Both the position numbers and the translations under genes were made by a program. This document shows positions 52,136 through 61,726 of a DNA stretch of 64,000 bases, one piece after another (positions within the stretch are counted from its first letter, which is position 1; each line of letters begins with the position of its first letter). The notes beneath the pieces were generated by a model, which worked only from the letters and a program-made list of their open reading frames with translations, was not told the DNA's origin and ran no database searches. Source of the DNA: Geobacteraceae bacterium (lineage in GTDB: Bacteria > Desulfobacterota > Desulfuromonadia > Geobacterales > Pseudopelobacteraceae). The stretch is taken from the NCBI GenBank assembly GCA_025355325.1, contig JANXZX010000209.1, positions 73,211 through 137,210 on the forward strand, written 5' to 3'.

Positions 52136-55017
52136 ATAGTACCGGCGGAAAGGGCAATATTTGCCAAAATCTGAGTTATATCTTTAATATCCCGCATCCA
52201 GGCGATGCGCTCGATCTTCTGTGGCACAACCAGGGTATCGCCCGGCATCAGCCGGGATGACATAAAGCTGCCAAAGGACCAGCTTTTGCTGTCATCGCTC
52301 CAATGGATGCCAAAGGAGGATTGTTGGCGACTGAACACCGAACCGTCAGCCCTGATGATATATATTTCGCTTGCTTCCGCTTCCCGTGTTGGTCCGCCAG
52401 CCTTGTTCAGATATCCCCCTACATCACCTTCCTGCTGCAAATAGACGAATGATGTCTGATTGTAAACCTGACCCATTACATGCACCACCCCTGGACGTTG
52501 GGGAATGTCGACTTCGTCGCCTCCCTCCATTTCCAGGTCATAATCGCTTTTTTTCAGCTCAGTGACCGGAGACAAACGTACTACAACCCGGCCTTCGGCT
52601 TTTACCTTACGCATCTGTTCAAGGCTGCGCAAAAGTCCATCAAGGGCGGACTTGGTCGCCTCAAGCTCTTCCTTGGAGGATGCCAATGAAGTAATGGAAG
52701 CCTGCTTCTGCATGATGTCCTTCTCAGTACGGGCAAGGATTTCATCCATCCGCTTTTGCTGCTGTTCCTTCACGGTACGCCGGGTAAACTTGGCCCCGAA
52801 CAGATACGCCTTGTCGGTGTAACCGCCAGCCCGTTCAATCACCGAAGACAGCTTTTCCCCCCGTGCTACGGTATAGACACCGGGAAAACGCACCTCACCT
52901 TTCAACTTTACAAATTTATCGGTTGCATCAATCCAGTCAGCAACACTCCGCACGATCAGCACATCATCGGCTTGTAACAGCAGGTTATGCTGCGGGTCGC
53001 CAGCCAGGGCCCTGGACAAATTAAGAGGAATCCGTTTCGATTCAGCCTTGTCACCGCTGATGGTTATTCGTGAAAGTTCGGCCTCTTCAAAAAAAGCATT
53101 GCGCTTGGGACTTCCTCCAGCTGTCACCAGATCACGCACCGACATGCCAACCTGATACTCGTACACACCCGGATTTACTACCGCACCGTTCACGGCTACT
53201 TTGGGTTTTTCCTCCATCTCCCAGCGGGAAAACACCTTGATCGTGTCCTGCTCCTGCAAGAGGATATTGTCAACCTCATTACCGGCCATGGCATTGCGAA
53301 GATTAACCGTCACCAGTTCACGACGATAGTCTGGCGGGGTGATGCGGGCAATTTCAACCGACTCCAGATAACTCTCCGGCAGCAACTCTTTGGTAGAAGG
53401 AATCAAGTCACGCAGCCGCATACCGGGCTTGAACTGATATTCGCCGACATGTACGGCATTACCCTTCAAACTGATCACCTGCCGGGTTGCAGCCTGAACC
53501 TGGAACACCTTGACCATATCTCTATCCTGTAGTTGTACCGAGGCCAGAGCCTCCTCCAGCTTGTCGGATGAAGCAGTGACGTCTTGTACCATACGGGTCT
53601 GGTTGGCGGTCAGACGCTCCAACTGTATCCGACCGGTGTAACCGCTTGCTGCCACTCCGCCGGCCATCTGAAGCATCCGGGCAAGCGAAGTTTTATCTTT
53701 CAGTTCATATATGGCCGGGCGCCGCACTTCACCAGCCACCGCAACTACCGGCCCGATTACCGGTACAAAAATCGTGTCACCATTCTGGAGGCGCAGATCC
53801 TTGCTCCGATCACCGGTCAGAAGGATATCATACAAATCAACCGTATCGAGCGTCTGGCTCCCCCGAGTCACTCGAATGGCACGCAGAGAGCCGTTATGGG
53901 AAGGACCACCGGCTGCTGCCAGAGCATTAATCACCGTAGACATGGAGTTAACCGGATAGCTGCCCGGCGCTTCAACTTCACCTACCACATACACTTGAAT
54001 GGTTCTGAGCCGCCCCAGAGAGAGGTTCATCTCGTAATTACGATAGAAACGACCGATGGCCTTATTGATAGACTCTTTGGCCTTGGCAAACGCAAGCCCC
54101 CATACCTTAACGCTGCCCACCTTGGGAATCATCAGTTCGCCGTTACGGTCCACTGTCAGTTCCATCTGACTGTTGACCGCCCCGCCGACTATCGACAGCT
54201 TGACAACATCGCCAGGCCCGACCAGATAGTCATCACTGGAGGGAAGGCTGTCCACAGCCTGCGACAACTGAGCGCTGTTACGGAAAAAATCATAGCCGAA
54301 CTGTTTCAATTCGCGCAGCAGAACTTCCGGTTCCGTCTTGTCCAGAAATGTCTGGGGCTTGCGGGAGAACGACTTTTCAATTCGGGAACCCAATGAATCA
54401 AAAGGAAGGGTTATTATCTTCAGCTCTTCAGACTTATACAGTGTCTGCTGTTCACGATCCATTGCAACAACCTGAAGGTAATACGGCTGATTATTCTTCA
54501 GATCGCGCAAAACATATTCCTGCGACTTGCCCACCTGAATGCTCTTTATCAGTTTTTCAGATTCAATCCCATAGCGGATAACAAAGCGAAGCGGCTGATC
54601 TTCACTGCGTGGTGGCAGGTTCAGCACTTTCCAGGAAAGTTTCACCAATCCGTCACCCGGCTCGGCAAATACTGTCACCAAAGGTTTTTTCCGGTCGTTT
54701 TTTTTCAGCAGATCCAACCCTTTCTGATCCGAAGTCAGCGGTTGACCATCGCTCCCCAAAACTCCATCTCCCTCCTGTAGAAGCTTCTGCTGGGTTTCAT
54801 CCTGCATCTTCATTAACAGGTCGTCATCACTGCCTGACAATGAAGGAGACTGAATTCGACTGTACGGCTGAGTAGAGCCAAAGGATTGAGAAGAATTATT
54901 CGGCTGGCTGGAACTCCCCTGCCAACTGCGCAGGTTACTGTCCTGATCAGATGCGGCAATGGCAAAACAGGCCGTCAATACAACGAGAAGCACTTGGGCA
55001 ACAATTTTTTGAAACAT
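52117..55017 (-). CDS. Large polysaccharide export protein (Wza-like Poly_export + multiple SLBB domains, N-terminal FN3-like domain)
   Basis: The 966-aa ORF has a signal peptide and an FN3-like segment (VKLSWKVLNLPPRSEDQPLRFVIRYG...YYLQVVAMD). YLVGPGDVVKLSI is a Poly_export motif. There are at least 4 SLBB-like repeats (..D.VLIVRS.., ..DEVDIPQRP..). Confidence 0.8.
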   Translation of the reverse strand: MFQKIVAQVLLVVLTACFAIAASDQDSNLRSWQGSSSQPNNSSQSFGSTQPYSRIQSPSLSGSDDDLLMKMQDETQQKLLQEGDGVLGSDGQPLTSDQKGLDLLKKNDRKKPLVTVFAEPGDGLVKLSWKVLNLPPRSEDQPLRFVIRYGIESEKLIKSIQVGKSQEYVLRDLKNNQPYYLQVVAMDREQQTLYKSEELKIITLPFDSLGSRIEKSFSRKPQTFLDKTEPEVLLRELKQFGYDFFRNSAQLSQAVDSLPSSDDYLVGPGDVVKLSIVGGAVNSQMELTVDRNGELMIPKVGSVKVWGLAFAKAKESINKAIGRFYRNYEMNLSLGRLRTIQVYVVGEVEAPGSYPVNSMSTVINALAAAGGPSHNGSLRAIRVTRGSQTLDTVDLYDILLTGDRSKDLRLQNGDTIFVPVIGPVVAVAGEVRRPAIYELKDKTSLARMLQMAGGVAASGYTGRIQLERLTANQTRMVQDVTASSDKLEEALASVQLQDRDMVKVFQVQAATRQVISLKGNAVHVGEYQFKPGMRLRDLIPSTKELLPESYLESVEIARITPPDYRRELVTVNLRNAMAGNEVDNILLQEQDTIKVFSRWEMEEKPKVAVNGAVVNPGVYEYQVGMSVRDLVTAGGSPKRNAFFEEAELSRITISGDKAESKRIPLNLSRALAGDPQHNLLLQADDVLIVRSVADWIDATDKFVKLKGEVRFPGVYTVARGEKLSSVIERAGGYTDKAYLFGAKFTRRTVKEQQQKRMDEILARTEKDIMQKQASITSLASSKEELEATKSALDGLLRSLEQMRKVKAEGRVVVRLSPVTELKKSDYDLEMEGGDEVDIPQRPGVVHVMGQVYNQTSFVYLQQEGDVGGYLNKAGGPTREAEASEIYIIRADGSVFSRQQSSFGIHWSDDSKSWSFGSFMSSRLMPGDTLVVPQKIERIAWMRDIKDITQILANIALSAGTIWIGLK

Positions 55018-55188
55018 GGAAAGACTCCTATTGGCACCACATAATCAGAAACTGAGGGAAATTTTAAACAAGGCAGTATATGTCAGGAAATTATGGATGG
55101 TCAATATATGAAACTAGTTTATCTCAAACACGTCGCAAAAAGGTCTCCATAAAATGCTTCATCACTACAAACATTCATAGTGAATCGT

Positions 55189-56787
55189 TCAATATCGATA
55201 ACGTAGCTCAAATCGAACCAACTGATTCGTCTGTATTTCCCCGGCAACCAGATTCATGTTATTGATCCGCTCAATACCATAGCTGGCCTGGGCATCAAAA
55301 TCACCATGAACCGGCAGTGACCAGATAATCCGGCCGGCATTCTTTCTCTCGATTGCCTGACCGGCAACACGGCTTACCATCCCCCGGTTGGTATAGATAT
55401 ATTCCAGCGCCAGATTATTACGCACGGTAAACCAATGGCACAGTCGAAAAAAGAAATCTTGCGTAGCTCCTCCCTGAGAGTGGCCAATCGGCATATCCTT
55501 ATAAATATATCCTCCCGGAAAAGTGCCGTGCGTGTAGAGAATCTGATTTCCCTGGAAAAATTCAAAACGGAAATCGTTTCTGCCGTCATCAGTAAGGCGC
55601 GGTATATATAATCCGGCCACGTAACTCTCGACTATCGGCCAGAACAGGGCTGTATCCTCACCTGAAAATTCACCATATAGTTCCGAATTACGTAACCATG
55701 GGATACGATAACGAGCTTCAATACCTGCCAAGCCGTTGGAGTTATCAGCACTTGTGCCCCCTATCATGCCACGCAGGGTATCACCCAAACTGTTATTTAC
55801 TCCAGGACCGCCCACCTGGCGCCCCAGATTAAAGCCGACTTCCAAATTTTCATGTGGTTTAGCCGACAGCTTGACTGCATAAAACCAGGGTTGCCGTTCG
55901 ACATCATCAACGACCGTTTTTTCAAAACGTGAGGCAATAAGGGCATACTTCAGGGCACCAATGTATGGCACGTTGACCGGCTCAGGGCTTGATATCTTGA
56001 CCTGAGTAAAATTTTCGGCATTATTAGTTAGTGTGATATTGCCACGACACCCCAAGCCAAGCCAATTTTCATCCTTGCCCACTTCCAGTTCAAGTGCCCC
56101 TCCACCGAGCTTCAGATATCCCCGGTTAAGGCGAAGCTGGGTATTGTCACCGGTCGCCAAGACATATGGTTCCAGTAAGGCGACGACTCGATCACCAAGA
56201 TACCACTCCGACGCCCAGCGGATTTCACCTGTGCTGCCGTTCCCATACACAACGCCGTTGTTGTTCTCAGACAGTGGCGTCCCTTCGCGACCACGCTGCA
56301 TAACCGCACTCGTAGGCGGATTTTCAGGCCGCAATCCCGAACCGATACCGAAGACACCATCGTTCCCCGGGTCGTGCACCAAACGGTGATAATCGCGGGG
56401 CACACCATCGAGCCAAACGGAACGAAGCCGCAGTGATGAAACCGGATTGAAATCGAAATACGGAGGTTTGGTTCCCGGATTTTCCCGTTGGGCAATCTCA
56501 CGGGGAATTAACGCACGAATTCGAACAAGAAGCGCTGAAGCAAATCCAGCTTGTTCAGATCTCCCGGATTTAAGGTTGTTTTCCGCCTCCAACAGCATCC
56601 GGGCCGCTTCTCCCTTACTGAACGGCTTGATTCCGGTGATATCAGTTGAAATCAAACCAAAACCTGACAATTTATCCAGATAGGAGTAAATCGGGCTGTC
56701 CAGCGGAATATTGGCGGAAGATAGAGACCACGAGGATGTAGAGAAAAGCAGAATAATGCCGGTGATAAAAATAATTATTCGCGTCAT
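55189..56787 (-). CDS. wzi: Capsule assembly Wzi-family outer-membrane protein
   Basis: The 532-aa ORF has a signal peptide. The mature N-terminus NIPLDSPIYSYLDKLSGFGLI is typical of Wzi. The body is beta-barrel-like and ends in FELRYRY. Confidence 0.75.
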   Translation of the reverse strand: MTRIIIFITGIILLFSTSSWSLSSANIPLDSPIYSYLDKLSGFGLISTDITGIKPFSKGEAARMLLEAENNLKSGRSEQAGFASALLVRIRALIPREIAQRENPGTKPPYFDFNPVSSLRLRSVWLDGVPRDYHRLVHDPGNDGVFGIGSGLRPENPPTSAVMQRGREGTPLSENNNGVVYGNGSTGEIRWASEWYLGDRVVALLEPYVLATGDNTQLRLNRGYLKLGGGALELEVGKDENWLGLGCRGNITLTNNAENFTQVKISSPEPVNVPYIGALKYALIASRFEKTVVDDVERQPWFYAVKLSAKPHENLEVGFNLGRQVGGPGVNNSLGDTLRGMIGGTSADNSNGLAGIEARYRIPWLRNSELYGEFSGEDTALFWPIVESYVAGLYIPRLTDDGRNDFRFEFFQGNQILYTHGTFPGGYIYKDMPIGHSQGGATQDFFFRLCHWFTVRNNLALEYIYTNRGMVSRVAGQAIERKNAGRIIWSLPVHGDFDAQASYGIERINNMNLVAGEIQTNQLVRFELRYRY

Positions 56788-56788
56788 G

Positions 56789-58714
56789 CTACTTCCTGAT
56801 GGGAATAACTTTTGTTGCTGTAGCCGTCACGAGTGGAAACAGATCGGGGCGCACGCGTTGAAATGTCAGCGGTGCCTCACCGACAAAGCTGTAGGTAGGT
56901 TTGAACTCAGGGACAAGGCGCTTCAGAGATTCCATCAGATCATGAACCAAGTTTGAACGGGCGGACTCAAATAATATTTCAAGCTCATCCCTGACCGGTT
57001 GCAGATCGATATGAACAGGTGCCAGCACTTTAATCTTGTTATGGGTAGTTGGAAGAATCCCTTCACCATCAATCAGCAGTTCTTCAAACAGTTTTTCGCC
57101 AGGCCGCAAACCGGTCACAACAATATCAATATCTTCATAGGGGGTCAAACCTGACAGGCGGATCAACTCTTCAGCCAGATCTATGATCCGAACCGGATCC
57201 CCCATGTCCAACACCAGAATTTCGCTTCCACTCCCCATAGACCCGGCCTGAAGCACAAGCTGTGTCGCCTCGGGGATAGTCATGAAATAGCGGATAACCC
57301 GCTTATCGGTCACCGTCACAGGCCCACCCTTAGCAATTTGATCTTTGAACAACGGAATGACACTGCCGTTGCTCCCCAGTACATTGCCAAAACGAACAGT
57401 AGTGAATTTAGTACTGCTGATTCGTGAAAGTGCCTGGATGTATATTTCCGCCGCTCTTTTTGTTGCCCCCATCACGTTGGTCGGATTGACAGCCTTATCG
57501 GTGGAAATCATAACCAGATTATGTACTTTAAACTGGTGAGCAGCATCAGCAATGTTGCGCGACCCAAAGACATTGTTCAAAACGGCCTGAGTCGGGTTAT
57601 ACTCCATCATCGGCACATGCTTGTAGGCTGCAGCATGAAACACAACTTCAGGGGCGAATTCCTCAAAGACCAACATGATCTTGTCACGGTCCCGCACATC
57701 AGCCACCAGTGCCAACATTCGTACGTCAGGAAAACGGGAAATCAGTTCTTTTTCTATCTCATAGAGGGGAGTTTCGGCCTGATCCAGCAGAATCAGCTTA
57801 TCGGGACGGAACAGGGCTACCTGACGACATATCTCGCTACCGATGCTCCCGCCAGCTCCTGTAACCAGTACACGCCTGCCGGTTAGATAGCCGCCAATCA
57901 GTTCACGATCCAGGGTTACCGGTTCCCTGCCGAGCAAATCTTCTATCTCTACATTTTTGATCTGGGATATAGTCAGAGAACCATCAATCAATTCACCTAT
58001 ACCGGGAAGCGTTTTGAAGGTTACGTTGGCATTTTTACAGGAATCCATGATACCTCTGATGGTCTTTCCATCGGCCGACGGCATGGCGATAATCACATCT
58101 TCGACTTCGTTGGCTATAATCAGCGATTTAAGTTGTTTTGCTCCTCCAAGAACAGGAACGCCATGCAGCTTCATTCCCTTTTTTTCAGGGTCATCATCGA
58201 TAAAACCACACACGTTATATGAGGCATGTGGCTGTCGCCTTATCTCCTTCAGCAACAAACTGCCCGCTTCACCAGCGCCGACAATCAGCGTCCGCGGCCC
58301 TTCGCAACTTTTACCGACAAGATATGTTTCTCGCCACACGCGCCACAAAAGACGACTGGCCGCCAACAAAGCAAAGAGCAGAAACCAGTCAAGAACAAAA
58401 ATAGATCGGGGAATTGGTTTAAATTGATGCAAGAAAAAAACCGCAGATACAGCCAAAAAGGAGGATAGCGTCACACCTTTGAAAATTTCGATAGCATCCT
58501 GAACTGACGCATAACGCCAGAGACTGTTATAAAAGCCGGTCACTACAAAAACCAGCGGCTTTACAATCAAAACAACCAGCAGGCATTCCCAAAATAAATC
58601 AAGTTGTTGAGACGGAAAAGTAAAGTCGAAGCGAAGCAGGAATGCCAAGCAGAGTGCCAGGCAGATAAGCAGAGTATCACATAGAAATACTATCAGGCGT
58701 TTCTTGCTGAACAT
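56789..58714 (-). CDS. Membrane-bound nucleotide-sugar 4,6-dehydratase (CapD/PglF/WbpM family)
   Basis: The 641-aa ORF has 4 N-terminal TM helices and two Rossmann motifs (LIVGAGEAGS; VLVTGAGGSIGSEICRQV). It also has the CapD core (MISTDKAVNPTNVMGATKR). Confidence 0.88.
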   Translation of the reverse strand: MFSKKRLIVFLCDTLLICLALCLAFLLRFDFTFPSQQLDLFWECLLVVLIVKPLVFVVTGFYNSLWRYASVQDAIEIFKGVTLSSFLAVSAVFFLHQFKPIPRSIFVLDWFLLFALLAASRLLWRVWRETYLVGKSCEGPRTLIVGAGEAGSLLLKEIRRQPHASYNVCGFIDDDPEKKGMKLHGVPVLGGAKQLKSLIIANEVEDVIIAMPSADGKTIRGIMDSCKNANVTFKTLPGIGELIDGSLTISQIKNVEIEDLLGREPVTLDRELIGGYLTGRRVLVTGAGGSIGSEICRQVALFRPDKLILLDQAETPLYEIEKELISRFPDVRMLALVADVRDRDKIMLVFEEFAPEVVFHAAAYKHVPMMEYNPTQAVLNNVFGSRNIADAAHQFKVHNLVMISTDKAVNPTNVMGATKRAAEIYIQALSRISSTKFTTVRFGNVLGSNGSVIPLFKDQIAKGGPVTVTDKRVIRYFMTIPEATQLVLQAGSMGSGSEILVLDMGDPVRIIDLAEELIRLSGLTPYEDIDIVVTGLRPGEKLFEELLIDGEGILPTTHNKIKVLAPVHIDLQPVRDELEILFESARSNLVHDLMESLKRLVPEFKPTYSFVGEAPLTFQRVRPDLFPLVTATATKVIPIRK

Positions 58715-58720
58715 CAGAAT

Positions 58721-58825
58721 TCACCCCGGCGATCTTTTAGTAATTTCAATGGCGGGACATACTACAATTGAATTGCCTCTGTTGCAAATAAATAAGTCCA
58801 TAACCAAATGGAAGAAACGTTTCAA
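58721..58825 (-). pseudogene. Possible 5' remnant of a displaced sugar-transferase gene (34 codons)
   Basis: It begins with the same RBS, TTG and AAA CGT as the intact sugar transferase, because it lies inside the 33-bp direct repeat. It then reads MKRFFHLVMDLFIC before degenerating, which resembles the MKR.FD... N-termini of bacterial sugar transferases. Confidence 0.3.
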
Positions 58826-58848
58826 ATTGACTCCTCAACACTGATTGA
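58816..58848. repeat. 33-bp direct repeat, copy 1
   Basis: AACGTTTCAAATTGACTCCTCAACACTGATTGA, identical to 60712-60744. Confidence 0.9.
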
Positions 58849-58874
58849 AAAAAATATTGCAGTTGAATAATCGG

Positions 58875-60047
58875 TCACCGCCTCGTCGCCATGGCAACTT
58901 GTTCAGCCAACTCAGCAAGAGGTACAACCTCAATATCAGTTGCAATTCGGTAGCGTTCAACACCGGGATACACTATAAACTTTTTTGCTGGATTAAGATC
59001 ATCACAGGCTGCGTAAAAACCGCGCTCAATCTTCGGACTGAGACTGCGTTTAACCTCCACTGCCCACAAAGTGCCATCCGGCCATAACAATAACAAATCA
59101 ATTTCGGCACCGCCACCGGTACGGTAGAAAAAGCCCTGAACCAGCCCCATTCCGGCTGAAAGCAGGTTTTCAATCACAAAGCACTCCCAGCTTTGCCCGA
59201 CTACGGGGTGAGCAAGCAGGCTTTCCTTATCCTGAATAGCAAGCAAGGCATGAACAAGTCCACTATCACGCACATACACCTTTGGTGACTTCACCAAACG
59301 CTTTCCAACGTTGGCATGCCAGGGAGAGAGACGCCGCACCAGCATCAGGTCAACAAGGAGATCAAGGTATGCGTTGACTGTTTTCACATCAACACCAAGG
59401 CTACGAGAAAATTGGGCCGAATTCAGGATTCCGCCTTGATTGTGGGCCAGCATAACCCAAAAACGACGTAATGTTTCAGCAGCTATTCTTGGGCCAAACT
59501 GTGGGATGTCTCTTTCAAGATAGGTACGGATAAAATCCTGTCTCCAGCGCAAACTCTGTCGTGAATCAGGCGCAAGCAGGCTTTCCGGAAAACCTCCCAC
59601 TACCCAAAGATTTTCGGATGGGAACTTTACCGTTTCCAATATATTAAAAGGAGCCAGTTCAAAGTATGCAATGCGTCCCGCCAATGTTTCGCCGGACTGT
59701 TTGAGGAGGTCAAGTGACGCAGATCCTAATAACAGGTAACGTCCGGTTCGCAGGCCGGCACGGCGCCCTTTATCAATGAGGCCTCTCAGTACCGGGAATA
59801 ATCCTGGGAGGCGATGCACCTCATCGATAATAACCAGTCTATCCTGGTGATCTTCAAGATAGAATTCCGGCTGAGCCAGTTTGGCAAGATCCTGCTGAGA
59901 TTCAAGATCGAGATAGAGGGCATTGACTGTTTGGCCAATTTCAAGAGCAAGAGTGGTCTTACCAACCTGACGAGGTCCAAGCAGAGCTACCGCAGGAGAG
60001 TTGGCAAGTGCCTCTGATAGTTTTGGGTAGAGTAGACGTGATATCAT
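58875..60047 (-). CDS. AAA+ ATPase with DUF4143 domain (COG1373-type)
   Basis: The 390-aa ORF has Walker A GPRQVGKTT and Walker B LVIIDEVHRLP. The C-terminal half is typical of DUF4143 proteins. It sits inside an otherwise coherent polysaccharide operon. Confidence 0.8.
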   Translation of the reverse strand: MISRLLYPKLSEALANSPAVALLGPRQVGKTTLALEIGQTVNALYLDLESQQDLAKLAQPEFYLEDHQDRLVIIDEVHRLPGLFPVLRGLIDKGRRAGLRTGRYLLLGSASLDLLKQSGETLAGRIAYFELAPFNILETVKFPSENLWVVGGFPESLLAPDSRQSLRWRQDFIRTYLERDIPQFGPRIAAETLRRFWVMLAHNQGGILNSAQFSRSLGVDVKTVNAYLDLLVDLMLVRRLSPWHANVGKRLVKSPKVYVRDSGLVHALLAIQDKESLLAHPVVGQSWECFVIENLLSAGMGLVQGFFYRTGGGAEIDLLLLWPDGTLWAVEVKRSLSPKIERGFYAACDDLNPAKKFIVYPGVERYRIATDIEVVPLAELAEQVAMATRR

Positions 60048-60160
60048 GTATGCAATAATGGAGTATTATTACCTGATTTGCAAGGATAAATCACAATATA
60101 AAAATAGGTTGCAGAAGCTAATCGCTACAATAAGTTGATTTACCAGCATCCAGAAAACCT

Positions 60161-60721
60161 TTAATGCGTTATTCCTTCTTTTCTTGCCACTTTGATAAAA
60201 GTAAGAACAATGATTTTCAAATCAAGCCAAAAAGAACGATGAGCCAGATACCACTCATCAAACTCAACCTTTACCGGTATTGCTAGTTCGTCGCGCCCAT
60301 TAATCTGTGCCCAACCGGTAAGCCCGGGAGTCAACAAATGAACTCCCTTTGTAGTTCTTAAGTCTACCAGATCGTCTTGATTGAACAGGGCTGGGCGTGG
60401 TCCTACGATACTCATATCACCCATAAGAATACTAAATAACTGGGGGAGTTCATCAAGACTAGATTTACGGAGGAACTTACCAATTGGGGTCAACCAGCGA
60501 TCCGGATCATCAAGCAGATGTGTAGCAACTGCAGGAGTGTCTGTTCGCATAGTACGAAATTTGGGCATTTTAAATATCACGTTATTTTTGCCAACACGGT
60601 CTGACCAATAAAGTATTGGGCCAGGTGATGTGACTCTGACTGCAATTGCAGTGATTAGCATTGGAATTGCGAGATAAAAAAACGCCATAAATGAACAAAT
60701 TAAATCAAATGAACGTTTCAA
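60161..60721 (-). CDS. Undecaprenyl-phosphate sugar-phosphate transferase (small PglC/WbaP-C-terminal type)
   Basis: The 186-aa ORF has a TTG start with a GAGGAG RBS and one N-terminal re-entrant helix. It has the motifs KFRTM and DELPQLFSILMGDMSIVGPRP. Confidence 0.88.
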   Translation of the reverse strand: MKRSFDLICSFMAFFYLAIPMLITAIAVRVTSPGPILYWSDRVGKNNVIFKMPKFRTMRTDTPAVATHLLDDPDRWLTPIGKFLRKSSLDELPQLFSILMGDMSIVGPRPALFNQDDLVDLRTTKGVHLLTPGLTGWAQINGRDELAIPVKVEFDEWYLAHRSFWLDLKIIVLTFIKVARKEGITH

Positions 60722-60744
60722 ATTGACTCCTCAACACTGATTGA
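60712..60744. repeat. 33-bp direct repeat, copy 2 (covers the RBS, TTG start and first 3 codons of the sugar transferase)
   Basis: It is identical to 58816-58848. Confidence 0.9.
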
Positions 60745-60761
60745 GAAAACATAATTGAATC

Positions 60762-61715
60762 CTATCTCTTCTTGAACCACTCTGCCGTTTTTTGTAACCC
60801 CTCGTTCATTGTAAAGGGTGGAATCCACCCCAATTCTTGCCTGATTCTTGAACTGTCCACTGACAATGATCCAGTAAGTTGATTCACCGCCCCATTCTTA
60901 CCAGTAATCTTGCCAGCAGCGCGCATGAGAGAAATTGGCATCGGGAAAAGCCGCACGTTTACCCCAAGTGCTTTAGCTGTCCGATGTATCAACTCCGGAG
61001 TTGAAACATCCTCACCATCACTAACCAAATAGGTTTTTCCAGCAGCAATTGGATGAACAGCACAGAGAGCCATGGCATCGACCAGATTGCCGACATAGAT
61101 TAAACTACGACTGTTTGTTATAGAAGCAAGGGGAAGTGGGATACCCTTTGAGATAATTCGGAGAAGAGAGAGAAAGTTCCCTGGATTGCCAACTCCGTAA
61201 ACGAGAGGAGCACGAATGATTACAACCTCTAACCCCGTCTCCAGTGAAATTTTTTGAAGAGCAAGTTCAGCCTCATATTTAGAGACTGAATAAGGATTGT
61301 GAGGCTTTGGATGATCAGAAGGCATGTAGGATTTATATCCGGAATTATCACCATTCACTCCAATAGTACTCATAAAAACGAATCGCCTCACTCCTGCCTG
61401 AGCAGCCTGTCGAGCCAAGTGTACTGTGCCATAAAGGTTCACTTTGCGAAATTCAAACAACGGATCTGTGGACGTTTCTCGCATCACATGAACACGAGCT
61501 GCAAGATGAATAACCGTATCTACATTTATGAGTGCGTCATTCCAATCTGTATTCTCACTGATAGGTAGAATGGAAACAGGTTCACAATTCTTTAAAAGTG
61601 ATGAAGCAGATTCATCACTTAATATAGTACCTCTAAGCTTTGCCTCATCAGACAAACGCAAACATAAATGTTTGCCGATGAATCCATTAGCCCCTGTTAT
61701 CAAGAATATTTTCAA
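60762..61715 (-). CDS. NAD-dependent nucleotide-sugar epimerase/dehydratase (SDR family)
   Basis: The 317-aa ORF has GANGFIGKHL (GxxGxxG) and the catalytic YSVSKYEAE (YxxxK). Confidence 0.85.
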   Translation of the reverse strand: MKIFLITGANGFIGKHLCLRLSDEAKLRGTILSDESASSLLKNCEPVSILPISENTDWNDALINVDTVIHLAARVHVMRETSTDPLFEFRKVNLYGTVHLARQAAQAGVRRFVFMSTIGVNGDNSGYKSYMPSDHPKPHNPYSVSKYEAELALQKISLETGLEVVIIRAPLVYGVGNPGNFLSLLRIISKGIPLPLASITNSRSLIYVGNLVDAMALCAVHPIAAGKTYLVSDGEDVSTPELIHRTAKALGVNVRLFPMPISLMRAAGKITGKNGAVNQLTGSLSVDSSRIRQELGWIPPFTMNEGLQKTAEWFKKR

Positions 61716-61726
61716 AGTTAATGACC

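Noticed and set aside
59056-59071. Second GG-N10-GC match on the minus strand (TGGCACTTTGTGGGCA), considered as a sigma-54 promoter
   Set aside because: It lies inside the DUF4143 ATPase coding sequence, and its -12 region (GGGCA) is poor. It is most likely a chance match.
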